DNA of 64,000 bases from Lytechinus pictus (Eukaryota). The notes under the pieces are model-generated. The model did no database searches. It was not told the DNA's origin and saw nothing but the letters and a program-made list of their open reading frames with translations. This document shows positions 11,701 to 23,362 of this stretch, one piece after another (within the stretch, counting starts at the first letter, position 1; each line of letters starts with the position of its first letter). The stretch spans positions 26,414,001 to 26,478,000 of the forward strand of contig NC_087250.1 of NCBI RefSeq assembly GCF_037042905.1. Direction: 5' to 3'. The translations under genes and the position numbers were made by a program.

Positions 11701-14700
11701 TAAATCACCCATTTTTAGACTGATAGAAGCATGGAAAAGAAGTGAAACTTGGTGTAAAGTAAGAATATTAAATATTAGTATTAAGCGTAGTGTAGCGGTA
11801 GTGAAGTGGAGTGGAGTGGAGCCTGCACGAACTTCGCTCAAGGTAGTCTACCGTTAACCTCCCTTTTTATGACTTTCCTTGGCTGGCCTGGGATAAAGTG
11901 AAAATTTTGCTGTTTCGACTTTGGTCTTTGGAGGATTAAAAAAAAAAGTATTTATTATTATTATTTTTTTTTTATTTGGGGGGGGGGGGGGTTCTCCAGA
12001 CTTCGTATATCTCGCCAGACAAGAAAAAAAAAAACAAAGGTATAGGGGGTCTACATGTGTTGGGCTACTTTTCAGAATCTATTGGCCACATCTGCCACAT
12101 TCTTGGGAAAGTTTTAACATTGAATAGGATGTTGCCTGCCCAGGGCCCTTTTAAATTTCTTACGGGCAGATTGCACAAGAGGTTCTTTGCAAGGACAGTC
12201 TATTTGTGTCGTTGATTTGTAATGATGTGCCGTCACATTTTTAATATCCATCTCATATAAATATAAAAAGATATACATGTAAATACATTTTATTTTTTAG
12301 ATTCAATATGTAGATCTACTATGCCGGGGGGGAGGTACTTAGATTTGGTTTGGACAAAGGTGTGTGGCTGAAAGTTTGAAACCCGTACCCATATTTACAG
12401 GTCATTTTGGCTAAAAAGGTACCCATTATTAGGTATTCATTATAGGGGCGGATCCAGGATTTCGTAAAAGGGGGGGGGGCACATTTTCGCCTGGAAAAAC
12501 TTGACAAGCAAAAAAAAAAGAAAAAAAAGGTTATCACCCAAACTGTAAGGTCATTTTGTATTTGCACCTAAGACATTGGAGTAGAATATGGACCCATGTT
12601 TAAGGACATTATCTAAAAATTGGGCCATGCTTAGGGATTTTCCAGCATAAAACCATACGCCATGTTTAGGGATTTCTTCAAAAAAGGCGACCCATTCCTG
12701 CGGCATATCCCCATATGCCTTATCTCGTGAGTACCCCCCCCCCCCGGGCTACTATGTAGCTGACTCTTGATTTTTATGCAAGCACATGAGGTGCTAAATA
12801 GATGACATACTTTTTTTCACTTTAAATTGTTTAATAGATGATTACAATGCTCTTCCAGGTGCTTTCAGTTTAAGGGTGTCTCATATGGTGCATCAGTATT
12901 AATATTGTATGCATAATCATGATTTTTTACATCCTTTTACATCAAGCACAATACTCGGGGGGGGGGCATATGGTCCCCCTTGACATTTTTCAGAATAAAT
13001 CTGCCACTCAAAATTTTATTACCGCACCGCTGACTGACGTTTTACTTTCGAGTCTCACACAACTTTTGGTACTAAATTTGCCATTCCCAGGTACAGGGTC
13101 AGGAAATTTTGCAACATTATGTTTGTTTAAGTACATGTCAGACAAAAACATGATTACATGTAAAAAGTCAATATTCATAACTGGGTAATTTGTTTTTTAT
13201 TGACAATAGTAATTTAATGTCACTGATGAACTTTGTCTTGAAAATAACAATAAAAAGAAAAAATTAAGAAGTTAAGAAAAAAAAAAAAAAAAAACATGAA
13301 TTGAAAGGAATTTATTTTGATACCAGATTTTTTAAAGTAAAGTTGTTAGGATTGCTCTAGAAAGGAATATGTACACCAAAGTTTGGCATTCTATTACGAG
13401 CTTTTTTTAGTAAATTAAAGCAAAAGGTATGATTTCATAATTTTTCTAATTGCGCCGCCCATGGCTGAGGAACCATAGTGCCCCTCCCCAGGCCAGAAGT
13501 GACTTTAATCAAAACACCCTTGGACTACTATAATGATTAACACACTGGCAACTGAGCTTAACTTGTATATTAATTTCATGAATATGTTTTATCTCTTTGC
13601 TTTTTGCTTTTAATTGCTTACTACAGTTATGACAAAGAAGTCTGGAACCTCAGAACCACCATAACTGTGTCTGCTACAATGTGTGTTCTTGCAACCAGCT
13701 GATTGATTCATTTTATCAACTCTTGAATGGTATAGGTTACATGTAAACTGTATTATTATTAATAATTCACCATGATGCGGATGGGGGTGAAATATGTACA
13801 CATTGACCCAAGGATAATGCAAAATGAAAAAGGCTAACACAAATCTCTATCTTGACTGGACTTCTCAGCAATGGAGACATCCCATTGATGGGGGGGGGGA
13901 GGGGAGGGGGTGGCTGTGCTCATCCAAGGTGTACTGTATGAAAGTGTGTATTTTGCTTTCATTGATTTAATTTATTGCATATTTTAATTTCCATGATTCT
14001 TTTATTTGGGGAAAAACAATCAGTTCACACTTTTTTAGATTACATCATGGCAAATTGCCAATTACTATGGTCTCAGGAGTAAGCCACTATCCCTCTATCA
14101 TATCATCATTTGGGTGCAAACAACGCCCTTACCAGCAGACATAGGGGCATTTCTGCACCGATGGGTGCACAAAAATTGTTTGCTAAGGGCGTTCTTGCAC
14201 TGAAAGGACAAAATTTGAACTAACCCAAGCTATGTATAGTTATGGGCTTGCATTATTTCCCATATTATTTTTTTATGAACAGGTTGATTATCAGAACTGA
14301 ATTCAGAGCTGATCCTGTCTGTAGTAACATCATTATAAGAGTGGACTACAGAATGAGGGCGTTGCTTGTTTAAAAACTTCACTCCATGGAGCTCTCCAAA
14401 TTCATCGCAAATTAGACTGCTTCTGGAAACCAGATTTGTTCGTTCAAGCAGAGATGCTTGTGGCTTTCCTGACTGGACTTCCATGGATTCTTCATGCCAA
14501 CCTTAAGAACTGTGGTCTTCTGCATGATACACATCAATTTCAAACAAGACATTCTGTGGTGAAACACTTGATGCAGATGATATGAAATTTTATTACTGAA
14601 TCTCAGAAGTGATTCCTTGGGAGCAAGAAATAATGAAAAATAAAAATAAAAGGTCCATCAATAATGAATGTCTTGAGCAGTGTTCTTTTTTTGTGCACAG

Positions 14701-17700
14701 ATCAATGGATCTTTTCAACTCCAAGCAGGGATGTAGTCAATGCTGACCTCGAGGCAACATTTTGCTGACCTTGGTCCGAGTCACTGTACAGAATCTATGG
14801 GAAGTTCTCTCAAGCTGCCTCATGACTCCGGAAGAATCAGCCTCGACCTCATCCCTGTATGCAAGTGTGATATATATCTACGATGCAATCTCATGATTAA
14901 AGAGAGAGAAACAAGAGAGGTTCAGATTTTGAAGTGTAGCAATCTCCTGAAATGTATGTTTTATTTGAAAAACTTAATTGGGCATGTTATTCATTATGAT
15001 ATGTATGAATGAAAGCATTTAAGCAATTTAGTGCTCTTGCAAAACATATTCTGAGTTGTATTTACTGCAAACGCTCAGAAATATTGATAAGCATTTGCCA
15101 GTGCATGAAGTGTTTTAATAAAGAGTGGCTTTTGTGCCTATGGAGAGTTATTATTTCCTCAACATTTCTTCATACAAATAATTTCAGAAATCACAATTTG
15201 AATATTCCATGACCTCTGATAACAAGAGCAGAATATTTTTGGTGATTGACACACTTTAAAATGATATTAGGAGAGAATGTACTGAAATTGTGTGAAAATA
15301 ATGGCATAATTGCTGAAGAGGCCTATAAAGATTGAAAATAACATTATTTCAAGTTTTTCTTGAAAAAAACCCATGGAAAATTGAAAATGGCATAATTTAC
15401 ACAAGTTTTCAAAACAAAATACAAAAAAAAAAAAATTGCAGAATGTTTAGTACACAAGCCTATGGACAATCAATTGAACGTAAATCGAACGCAAATTTTG
15501 CGCATCCTCCAAAATCTTACATAAGTTACGTTCGATTTGCAATCAATTGCAAAGCTTGCGCTTGATCTAAGTTCAATAGATCAAACGCAACTTCTTCTTG
15601 CAACAGGATTGAACGTAACTTGCGTTCAATTGCAGATTTGCGTTTAATCGGAGGACTTACGCTCAATTTTGGGAGTTGCGTTCGATTTGCGTTCAATCGC
15701 AAGTTTCTTGCAACACCCCATAAGACTCCGTTATAAAGCAAGGGTACATATCGTAGTCTTTACTCCAGACCCGTTTAAAAAAATTATGTTATAATCTTAG
15801 AAAATAAGACCCTGTAAGAAAGCATGGATATAAGAGCACAGTCTTTACCCCAGACGCTGTTATTAAAAATATTAGGAGATCTTCAATTTGACGACCCCAC
15901 CGTCTCATATCTGTGGGAAAAAATGGATATAGAGTATAGTCTTTACTCCAAACCTGGTGATTAAAAAAAAACTTAAATAGTAAGACCCCATCATCTTCCA
16001 AACTAATAGTCTATAAGTATAACAAAGCACGGGTACCTATAGCATAGCCTTTACTCCATATCCATTTATTAAAAAAACTACACTGTACACCCACTGTATA
16101 ATTACGCTGTATACCCATGTGCTACATTACAGGTTCTTAGTATTGAAGATGACGGGATTGAAGTTTCGAAGATTCTTGATTTTTTTTTTCAAATGACTGG
16201 GTCTGGAGAAAATGATAACTCTATATCCATATGCTTGATGACATGGCAATGGTTTAGAAGATGGTGAGGTTTAAATTGTAAAGTTTATTTCTCTTTTTAA
16301 CCACCGGGTTTTGAGTAAAGACTAGGCTTAGCTAGTCCAGGTATAGCGTTAATCCTGTTGTTTGGAAGAATATATGGCCAAGACTGAGTATTATAGAGTA
16401 GACTAATAACCTTCATCTTGTAGGGTAAGGTCGCATTGGGTCTGGAAAAGGAGACTACCAGCATGGGTTGGCAGAGCAAAATTGATAGGGGAGGGGAGGG
16501 CACAGCGAAAAAGGGCACTTCCTCTTTTGAAAAGGGCACTTGAAACAAAAAAACTTTTTTAAAAACAAAATAGCATAATGTACCCAAGTAGGGTAATGAG
16601 TAAAATGATTGAGTGGGGCAAACATGGCGTGTGGGGCAAAAATTCTTTAAAGCTGCGAGCGAGCGAGCAAAATTTTGAAACTTTTAATGCAAAAAAAAAC
16701 ATTTTTGATAGATTTTGACATAGAGAACACTATCATATTTCACCACTTTTCTTTCCTTTTCTTCTTTTCTTTTTCTTGGTATTGAAAAATTTTGGGGTCC
16801 ATGGAACGAGGTCCATTTATTAAGGGGGCAAGTGCCCCCCCCCCCTCTCCCTCTGCTCAGATGCCCCTGCATAAAAGAAAGGACGCTAATTGCAAATACA
16901 TATACCTTATATTAGCAAATTGGACATTTGAACAAACCAGAAGAGAAGGGGCATTTATCAGAATATTCATATGGGGCACTTGATCAAAGGTGAAAATGTA
17001 CACACTACAAAAGAAGAATTTCACTCTAAAAAGGGGCAACTTAACCCTATCTAGGTCGGGGTATTTTTGGAATTCATATGGCCGGGGGAGGGGGGCCTCC
17101 CAGGCCCCCCCCCCCCCCCCCCCCCCCTTGAGATCTCGGCCGTCGACCGCGCAATCGCACCGAAAATTGGCACGCATGTTGTCTGGGATATAATCTACAA
17201 AATTGTATAGTAATTTCTTTCATGCAAATTGTTATTACGTAATTATGCTAATTTATGCGTAATTAGTATGCAAAATCATACTTTTTCCACTAACTCCGTA
17301 AATAAAGCTCAAAATGTTCTAATTTTTGGCATAGAAACCCTTTGTGATGTTCTTAGCAAGTGTACATGAAAAAATTGTGATATCAGATCAATTTCTTATG
17401 TATGATATTGTTTTTGCAATTTCTTATATGTATTTCTTTGTTTTTTGGACCTTTTGTTTTTCATTGTTTTTTCAATGAAATTCGTTGGGGACTCTTCTAA
17501 GATCATAAACAGCATAAAATACATACATTTAGGCGTGCAAAACTAAAAATAATCATACATTTATGATTTTTGGTTGAAAACACAATTTACATTGACTTTG
17601 TACACGAAATCACGTTTTTGAGCACTTACGTAACATTGCGTAACTTCGGAACCGCGTACCCGGGTGACGCAAAATCGGTCTCAAAAGGTGCGGAAGACTT

Positions 17701-20700
17701 GAAAGTAAAAAGTCAGCGAGCAGCGCGGTCAAAAAATTTTGCGCGACGAAAATATCGCGCGACTCTTTGAGGGGGGAGGGGGGCCTCCGAGCCCCCCCCC
17801 CCCCCCCGGCCTAGATAGGGTTAAAGGGGCGAGAGGAACATTTTTAAAGGATTTTTATTATTTAAATATGCACTTTTAGAAGAGATAAGAACACGAAATA
17901 AGGAAAACGGGCAATGACAGGGCATGAAAAGAGCGGTTTTAAGGAATGGAAACTTATCTGATACGAGATAGGGCACTTATATTTATAAAAAGATAAAGGG
18001 GCACACTTTAACACATAAAACAGGTCCTTCTAAGATGAAAGGGGCAAAGTTATTGGGTTATAGTTGTTGTAAAATCGAGGTGTATGAATTGCAACCTAAA
18101 AATATTTCATTTAGAGAGTAAAGTGCATCGCATTTGTGGGTATATAGTTCAAAATTAATGCCTCTTGTTGGTAAAGTGCGCTAGTATGACATGATTGTGT
18201 GGGAAAATATTTTTATATACGTTAGTGGGTACAGTTTTTTTACACATGTGGCTGATATTACACAAGCTTGCGTCACTTTGGGTGTGTTTAAAGAGATAGG
18301 AAACAATGTCTTGTTTGAATGTTCATAGATTCATAAAAAAGTAATATCAAATGGCATAGTAATCAAGACATTTTGGGTTTATAATTAAATTTTAAAGAAA
18401 TTCGACAACTTCTGATGAAATCTGGAAATGAAATCAACAGATAAAGTTCAATGTGTGTATCAGTGGAAATAATGCTTGCCTCTCCCACCCCCTTTAATAA
18501 TTGCCCCATGCAGTGTTCGAAACAGTACTAAATGTCCCTTTAAGGTGACACGACATATACTGCTGCGAAAATTGCGACAATTAATATCTCAGAAGGCATA
18601 GGATTAGTGTTAGGATTGTGATAGAGTTTTTGTTTCAGAATATTGTCATGATTACGATTAGGGTGTATTTAGTTTTTGAGGTTAGCTTTTATGTTTCGCT
18701 TAATGTTTAGAATTTCCATCGGAGCAATTGTCGCCAGAGCAAATGTCCACTAAGCCTGGTGCCCCCCCCCCCCCTCCACTGCCTCTCTAAAAAGCGTTTC
18801 ATTACCGATGACACTAGCTGTAGCTTCTCCCTTATGCAGGCATGTTTCTCATTTTAACAGTAATGTTATGAAACATTTCATGATAAATGGATAAAAACAG
18901 TAATTTGCACATACCCCGGAGGTTTGCACTTTTCCCGTGAAAATTGTTCATTTGCACATATCCCGTCGTCACGTTTGAACAGATGCCGTTGATAAATTTT
19001 GACAGATTTGCACATTTCCCGGCGTGGCGTTTGCACAAATTCCGTTGTTTGCACAAATCCCGGCAAAATTTTGCACATATACCGTCGTTTGCACATATCA
19101 CGGCGTTTGCACATATCACGGCTCCACAGGGGGCTAATTATTATTTGCTATATATTTTTCCCCTTTTTACATTGAAACTAAAATGTTTTGAGGGGGTAAT
19201 TATTTATTTAGCTAGATGTTTGGCAACATATACATTGCGCCATCCAAATAATTGCATTAGTAAATTGGGTCTTAATCACACGACTATACTACAAACATTA
19301 ATGCATTATGGGTAAGGCACCTGGCAAGTTTTCAGGAGTTGATTATTGTTTATTTTGAGTAGTGATGTACAAGGCCTTCAGTTGGAATTTGCTTTAAATT
19401 GAGAGGTGTGCAGTTTAAGACATAAGCCCACCAAGAAATGAAGAAGACATACCTGCATTCAACGCTATTGCAGGTGTGTAGACCACAGATCCCAAATAGA
19501 ACAGCTGTACCGTGACAAGTATGGTAAGGCGAAAATCAAAATGAGCGTATGATTACACAATAGTATTGATGATCTTACGAACAAAGTGAAATATAAAGAG
19601 GGAAATGGAAAAATAATAACTCTTCTACTACTACTACTACTACTACTAATAATAATAATAATAATAACGATAATAATAACAATAATAATAGCAAAAAAAA
19701 TATTATAATAATAATAATAATAGCAAAAATAATGATAGTAATGATAAAACAATAATAATTACAGTATAAACAATAATGATTATAATAGTAACAATAATGA
19801 AAATAATAATACTGACAGTAATATTAACAATGGTAATGATAATAGTGGCAAATTGTTGAGCGCACACTGATCGCCAGAGATCCCGATGAGTGCTAGTTCC
19901 AATGGCGTATGCTGGGGAAACGTGCCACCTCCCGCTGTGGCAGAGGAGTTCCGACACTAGCAAACACAACAAAAATTATACCCATTTTATTGTTTTCAAC
20001 AGCTGATTTTCCAAACTTTAGTTTCATCGCCTTAAGATGCCCCCCCCCCCCCATAATACTTAAGATACACCTCTGCATGGTGTGCACCTCTCCATGCTCA
20101 AACAAGCCTACGCCCTGGAACCCAGGAACGATGTTCTCTCGTTCACATACCTTCCGAAAACAATTAATGTGTAAAACATAAATATGTTACACTTTGTCAA
20201 CAAACCCAAGCAAAAGGCGAACTAAGAAAAAAAAAAAATAGCATAAAGCATTTCTTACCCTATTCTGCACTTTTCACATTTTTAAAGGCATGAACCTTGT
20301 ATTAATGTAGCTATTGCTTTCCAAATTATTGACCCATAATCATTGTTTCTATATGCTTTGCATATTCGATGATGTTGTAAATATTCATTGTAGCCTAAAT
20401 TAATTGTAAATATCATGTGTAAACTCATACACCTAGAGCTGGTCGATATAGAAGATAAAATTGTACGTTATCTTATCTCATAAACGAGCTTCAGATATAG
20501 AACAAAGTCATATAATTTTCAAAAATTGGGCTTGCAACGTTTACTCACGTCACGACGCGCTACCACGTTCGATTACCTTCATAAAAACGCGTCGTCTATT
20601 GCACAGGAGGAAGGGTCTACACTTTGATATTTTGCACGCCGGTTAATCACGAAATATATAGCTTGTTAGTAAAAGACTATCACGACGCCACTCACCAAAA

Positions 20701-22125
20701 TACACCCGCAGAAAGCTCGCAATGTATGTTGGCAACCAAACATGCAACTTTGGCCTATGTCATCATCCTTTAAATAAACTTTCATAATTTTATTCTTATT
20801 TCACATACTGGTAACCTATGAAGCAGTTCAATCTCAGATCATAATGTGCCTTGCATGTGTTGGTAACTGTTTATGGTTTACAGAATCGAATCCGAAAAGA
20901 ACCTGTGCAGGGCGGTCGGTCGGATACAGCGCCGAGGGTGTTGGACTGTTCTCAATGACAATAAACTTGTATTGTGCTAACGAAACGCGATGTTTACGTG
21001 AGGATGATGCATATCCTAACGCTTCGTAGATTAGAGGGATTTTAAAAAACAAATTTACGCAGCGAGCTGCGGCGTGATTACGTGAGTAAACGTTGAAAGC
21101 CTAACGTGTGAGGCTTGGGACGTGCGAACAATCTTCGCCGGGCTGATGCTATACCGTCTGTGCTACTCTACTGCCAATCAAGGTTAACTAAACTTTTATG
21201 AAGTGTACACATACCGTAAAAGATGAAAAAGCTATGTTTGTTATCAGTCGTAAGGCTTTGTTGAAACGCATTTCAAAAAACTGTGAGAAAGAAAGATATT
21301 AACATGAATAATTGTTTCTTTTACTACCTTTATTTTCTGAGGGAAATATAAAATAAACGTACAACCATAACACTGCATTTGTCTTGTCAATTAAGACAAT
21401 TTAGATTGAGAAGAACCTAAATTAAAACCATTTACAAAAAAAGTCTTTGAAAATACCAGTTTCTTAATTGTAAGCGCTCTATGAATAGGGACTGACGATA
21501 AAGTATTTTTTTCCTCTCATTTTCGTCTTTGTATCGGTATTATTTTAATTTTTTTTTTTTTGGGGGGTGGGTTCTTCACTTTTTTCTTCTTCGTCGTCGT
21601 TATCATCTTCTTCTTCTCCTCCTTTTTCATCATCTTTTTTTTTTTCTTCTTCTCCTCCTCCTCCTTTTTCTTCTTTCAATCTCCCCCCCCCTCCTCTCCG
21701 TCACTATACAATTTCAACACCATAAGAAAGATAACAATTTATCGATCGTGTCGATGGTTGCTCACCTCATAAATACTAATGACGTTTATTCTAAGGAAAG
21801 TAGGCAGGAAAAGGCGACAAAACAAGACATCTCCTAGGGCATCTGTCACCATTATCCAGGAAAACATAGTCCCGTATACATAGATCTCACCAGGCATTGA
21901 TATTACAGCTATTGCAGATATATAGCTCACCGCCAGGGACATCGCAACAGGGAAAATACCCATTTTTCGATTACCCACTAGGAATTCGTCGGCCGTCTTT
22001 TGCTTGCCGCCGGAGCAAGCGGAGTACACACCGATAGACGCGGACACAAGAAGCATCGCACCGAAGACGACGTAGTCCCACACACTGAAATAGCGGGGGC
22101 CTGAATCGAGTCCTTGTTGATCCAT
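759..22125 (-). CDS. SLC5A8-like: SLC5/SSS sodium:solute symporter, copy A, coding exons 1-9 (3' part outside window)
   Basis: Exons: 21766-22125, 21215-21280, 19453-19504, 9334-9401, 3780-3934, 2800-2931, 1783-1912, 1424-1512, 759-871. Same exon sizes as copy B, intact splice sites, no stops; 10 aa differences in ~388 aa by hand count. Confidence 0.92.
1424..1512 (-). CDS. Copy A coding exon 8 (IMPLFVMEMFAEIPGLPGVFLASVVSASL)
   Basis: 89 nt, PGLPG motif. Confidence 0.9.
1783..1912 (-). CDS. Copy A coding exon 7 (ALFLAVLLKG...YVNCDPW...RDQ)
   Basis: 130 nt, CDP motif. Confidence 0.9.
2306..2752. mobile_element. MITE with GAGCCGATGC subrepeats, shared by both copies (B ~48789-49172)
   Basis: Internal direct and inverted repeats; GTTTACA/TGTAAA ends. 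Confidence 0.65.
2800..2931 (-). CDS. Copy A coding exon 6 (GNPDPRILYTLWTMLIGGTITEARPNQIEVQRLIACGTKPRAI)
   Basis: 132 nt, tag acceptor and gtaagt donor. Confidence 0.9.
3780..3934 (-). CDS. Copy A coding exon 5 (GGLKAVVWTD...RIQFL)
   Basis: 155 nt, SSS signature motif. Confidence 0.92.
4122..7836. mobile_element. 3.7-kb non-coding foldback DNA transposon, TGT..ACA ends, 5-bp TSD GGCCC
   Basis: TSD at 4117-4121 and 7837-7841; empty site in copy B at 53293-53297. Outer CCCACAAATGTAATAA subrepeats; inner ~110-125-bp CCAGACCC units that invert near ~6050. Confidence 0.9.
5004..5186 (-). mobile_element. SINE with 7SL(SRP RNA Alu-domain)-like head, B-box, Deu-domain-like core and (CA)n tail
   Basis: Minus strand begins GCTGGGCGTTGCGGCGTGCGCCTGTTATCCAAGCTAC, then GTTCGAATCC and GTCTTTCGGATGGTGACGTTAAAGG. 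Confidence 0.7.
8044..8629. mobile_element. MITE with TTAA TSD and AGG..CCT ends (Kolobok-like), copy-A specific
   Basis: TIR AGGACAAGTCCACCCC/GGGGTGGACTTGACCT; single TTAA at the empty site in copy B (~55670). Confidence 0.85.
8825..9030 (+). mobile_element. tRNA-derived SINE (other copies at ~55794-55990 and ~32795-33270)
   Basis: A box, GGTTCGAATCCC B box, shared body CCTTCAGCAAGAAAT..CACTCAACCCAGG. Confidence 0.8.
9334..9401 (-). CDS. Copy A coding exon 4 (VTGFDLWTCILSTGIVCIFYTSV)
   Basis: 68 nt, tag acceptor and gtaagc donor. Confidence 0.9.
10246..10331 (-). tRNA. tRNA-Tyr(GTA) with 13-nt intron, probably a pseudogene or retrocopy
   Basis: CCACCGATAGCTCAGTTGGTAGAGCGGAGGACTGTAG-[atgattgatgatt]-AACCTTATGTCGCTGGTTCGAATCCGGCTCGGTGGA. 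Perfect 7-bp acceptor stem, A/B boxes, T7 run just downstream; one anticodon-stem mismatch. Confidence 0.8.
11336..11845. mobile_element. MITE with 9-bp TSD (Mutator-like) and an internal long palindrome
   Basis: TIR TACCTCGAGCGAAGTTCGTGCAGG; TSD GTCTAACGT/GTCTACCGT; hairpin ~11518-11769. Confidence 0.8.
12324..12748. mobile_element. MITE with 8-bp TSD CTACTATG (hAT-like)
   Basis: CCGGGG..GTACT and AGTAC..CCCGGG ends; TSD at 12316-12323 and 12749-12756. Confidence 0.75.
17045..17820. mobile_element. piggyBac-like MITE
   Basis: TTAA|CCCTATCTAGG ... CCTAGATAGGG|TTAA. Confidence 0.85.
19453..19504 (-). CDS. Copy A coding exon 3 (LFYLGSVVYTPAIALNA)
   Basis: 52 nt, AG/GT flanks. Confidence 0.9.
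19625..19850. repeat. (ACT)n/(AAT)n low-complexity tract, probably a retroposon tail; paralog at 56938-57165
   Basis: Directly visible. Confidence 0.85.
20529..21102. mobile_element. TIR element shared by both copies (B ~57822-58394)
   Basis: GGCTTGCAACGTTTACTCACGT is inverted as ACGTGAGTAAACGTTGAAAGCC. Confidence 0.6.
21215..21280 (-). CDS. Copy A coding exon 2 (FFEMRFNKALRLITNIAFSSFT)
   Basis: 66 nt, cag acceptor and gtatgt donor, YLELRF-like motif. Confidence 0.9.
21766..22125 (-). CDS. Copy A coding exon 1 (MDQQG...ISIYE)
   Basis: ATG at 22125, 360 nt, donor GAG|GTGAG. Confidence 0.93.
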
Positions 22126-23362
22126 GATGATGACTGTGGATGTAATGATTAAAATGAGCTATGGGAATGTTTATTTAAACAAAATTAGGCAGTTCTAAAC
22201 AGTAATAATAATACTATAAATTGCATGTCTGAATAAATTGTCACTGTTTTACCCTCCTTTGGATGACTGAGAGAAAAGGGGAAATATGGTTCAAAAGTGT
22301 GGCCAAATATGCGTGTAAAACGGGCCTTATTTTCTTGTTGGCATTCATGCCCAAAATATCATAAGCCATAAGTATGAAATTAAAGTATGAATATTAGTCA
22401 AGGGTTATAATGGTTAAGCTGTTCCATTGCGTTTCTGGTATACTTTCGACCATATTTGGACATGATAACTATAATATGTAAAGCTTCCATTGGCATAGTA
22501 GCATTACATTTACTTCAGAGTGTTTGATTCTTTTCTATTGAAAAAAAGTGTGGAAAAACTAGAAAAATGCTGTTAAAAATCACGCATTGAAAATAAACCT
22601 TTTTTTTTTGCAATATCCGCAGCATAATCACATATCATAATGAGTTACATCGGAATCAGAACAATATAATTGAGCCAACATTTAAGCCAAGACCCCCCCC
22701 CCCCCCCCAACTCTTGCCTCTGAGATAGTAAAAACGGCAGGAAAATATAGCAGGAGCAAATGTCTTGTCGCACCAGAAAGTCCAATACTGCACCTTTCTT
22801 TCGCTCTTTACACCCGAAATTACCCATTGCTGCTATGGTCGCATCCTCTTTTTCACGATCTTTGCTTTTCGTTAATGATGCAAATTTGTAATTCTCTTAA
22901 AAGATACAACGATGAATGCACCCAAAAATGGTGTAGTGAAGCTTTAGCTATGGATGAACAACGACCCCACTGTATAACAGTGGAAGGGTGTCAATCTAAC
23001 CTTTATTTATTTAATAGTACGCAGGCCCTTTTATATTTTAAGTCTAAACTGATATGGGTTAATTATGGCTAAAACACAATGAAACGCATTTCTAATTAGG
23101 TCTGTTGACCTGGATATCACAAGCATACTGAAAAAGAAACACAAAAAATAAGACCGAAGATGCATTTCTTTTTTCATTCTAAAACATGAAAATTAATGAT
23201 CCTCTTTCAGTTTAAAACAATGATTGAGACTAACCTGAAATTAGAGGGGAAATTCAAGAGAAAAAAAGATTAAAAATCATTATGTATTTTTCTCTGTAGG
23301 CGTATCCCGCCACAAGCCTAAGCTTTTAGGGTATACGCCTTCTTCTTTAAACCCAACATATA

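Larger units (their letters stand above)
10593..15720. mobile_element. 5.1-kb PIF/Harbinger-like non-autonomous element nested in the foldback
   Basis: TIR TGGGGCGTTGCAAGAAA/TTTCTTGCAACACCCCA with TAA TSD (10590-10592, 15721-15723); removal restores ACTAAGACTC of the host repeat. Confidence 0.85.
9486..19125. mobile_element. 9.6-kb composite foldback element in copy A intron 3, ~390-bp TIRs with ATATGTGCAAA subrepeats
   Basis: 9486-~9873 is the inverse of ~18751-19125. Intron is 10051 bp in A versus 403 bp in B. TSD blurred in a G-run. Confidence 0.88.

Noticed and set aside
20834..21052. 72-aa ORF conserved in both copies (58127-58345)
   Set aside because: Lies in a shared TIR element within a near-identical tract; no recognisable motif.
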